Positions 63,256-64,000 of a stretch of DNA of 64,000 nt are shown here, one piece after another (within the stretch, counting starts at the first letter, position 1; every line of letters starts with the position of its first letter). The notes beneath the pieces are model-generated. The model saw only the letters and a program-made list of their open reading frames with translations. It made no database searches and was not told where the DNA came from. A program made the position numbers and the translations under genes. The stretch spans positions 512,473 through 576,472 of the forward strand of contig NMRA01000159.1 in the NCBI GenBank assembly GCA_002633005.1, given 5' to 3'. The DNA is from Phoronis australis (lineage: Eukaryota; Animalia; Phoronida).

Positions 63256-63944
63256 CTACACAACAATAACAATCAACTGACAAAACTTTAAAAGGCAGAT
63301 CACAGATATCCACAAGACAAACTGTCACACAAATCTAGTCTCATTCATGCCTCCAGTACCTAGCTGGCTTACTGCAAGCTGATAAAAGTCAAGTCCTTGA
63401 CTGTATTGACTTATTTCGAAAGTCAAGTGAATTTGCTGCAAACTAATGGGTTGCAGCCGGTACTCAACGGACATCAGGATGGAAATAAAAGTGAAAGATA
63501 ATTGTTGAAATGAATCGACCAATCTGTGCTGTTGATGGGACAAGCCAAATTTTGTTTTATCATTTTTCTATGCAACGTATGTGTAATCGAGTTACATGCT
63601 TTTCCATGTCTAAGTTTTGCAGGCCCAGAGAAAGTTTTCAAATTGTGGGCATTCATTTTGCAAAAACGAAGAAAATTTTGCTATTCAATTTTGTTAAAAA
63701 TTGGTGAGATCAACACAGCATCAATATCTTGGCAGACCCAAAATGTCGCAAAGGGTGATGTAATTTCTGAGTGAAATTGTTTGAACACAATTAGTGAAGG
63801 AAAAGATTTTAACACAACAAAAATCTTCATGGCAGTATTTTTTAGTTTTATGCCTAATCATGTCAAGAGGAGGCTCAAGCTTTCTGCCTACAGGGAATGA
63901 TAAGATCTATCGATGATCGACAGCAGTCACCACACAGGAACACT

Positions 63945-63957
63945 AACACACCAACAC

Positions 63958-63992
<35 letters not shown>

Positions 63993-63995
63993 CAC
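63945..63995. repeat. (CA)n microsatellite
   Basis: Direct reading. Confidence 0.95.
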
Positions 63996-64000
63996 CAACA

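Overview
AT-rich (~38-40% GC by eye) animal genomic DNA, most likely from a marine invertebrate such as a mollusc or other lophotrochozoan (inference from gene and repeat content). Three host genes can be built by hand with GT-AG introns and consistent phases. (1) A complete 6-exon alpha-carbonic anhydrase on the minus strand (20042 to 5592; 297 aa) with a signal peptide, all three Zn-binding His and a GPI-type tail. (2) RNF26, an ER-membrane RING E3 ligase with a single coding exon on the plus strand (45951-47144). (3) The last six exons of MEGF8 on the minus strand (62447 to 54115), tail-to-tail with RNF26. Most of the remainder is decayed, often nested transposable elements: CR1/L2-group, RTE, RTE-X, L1/Tx1 and Penelope-like retroelements, a Gypsy-type LTR family (one solo LTR, one collapsed provirus), pogo-, Kolobok-, Harbinger-, hAT- and hAT5-type non-autonomous DNA elements, a Helentron/HINE-like tandem and tRNA-derived SINE heads. 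There are five single-N assembly junctions. I found no convincing wholly new multi-gene system. The most interesting leads are an extra Cys pair enclosing a glycosylation site in the carbonic anhydrase, a furin-type RRRRS site in the MEGF8 stalk, and multi-level TE nests whose insertion order can be read from TSDs and empty sites.
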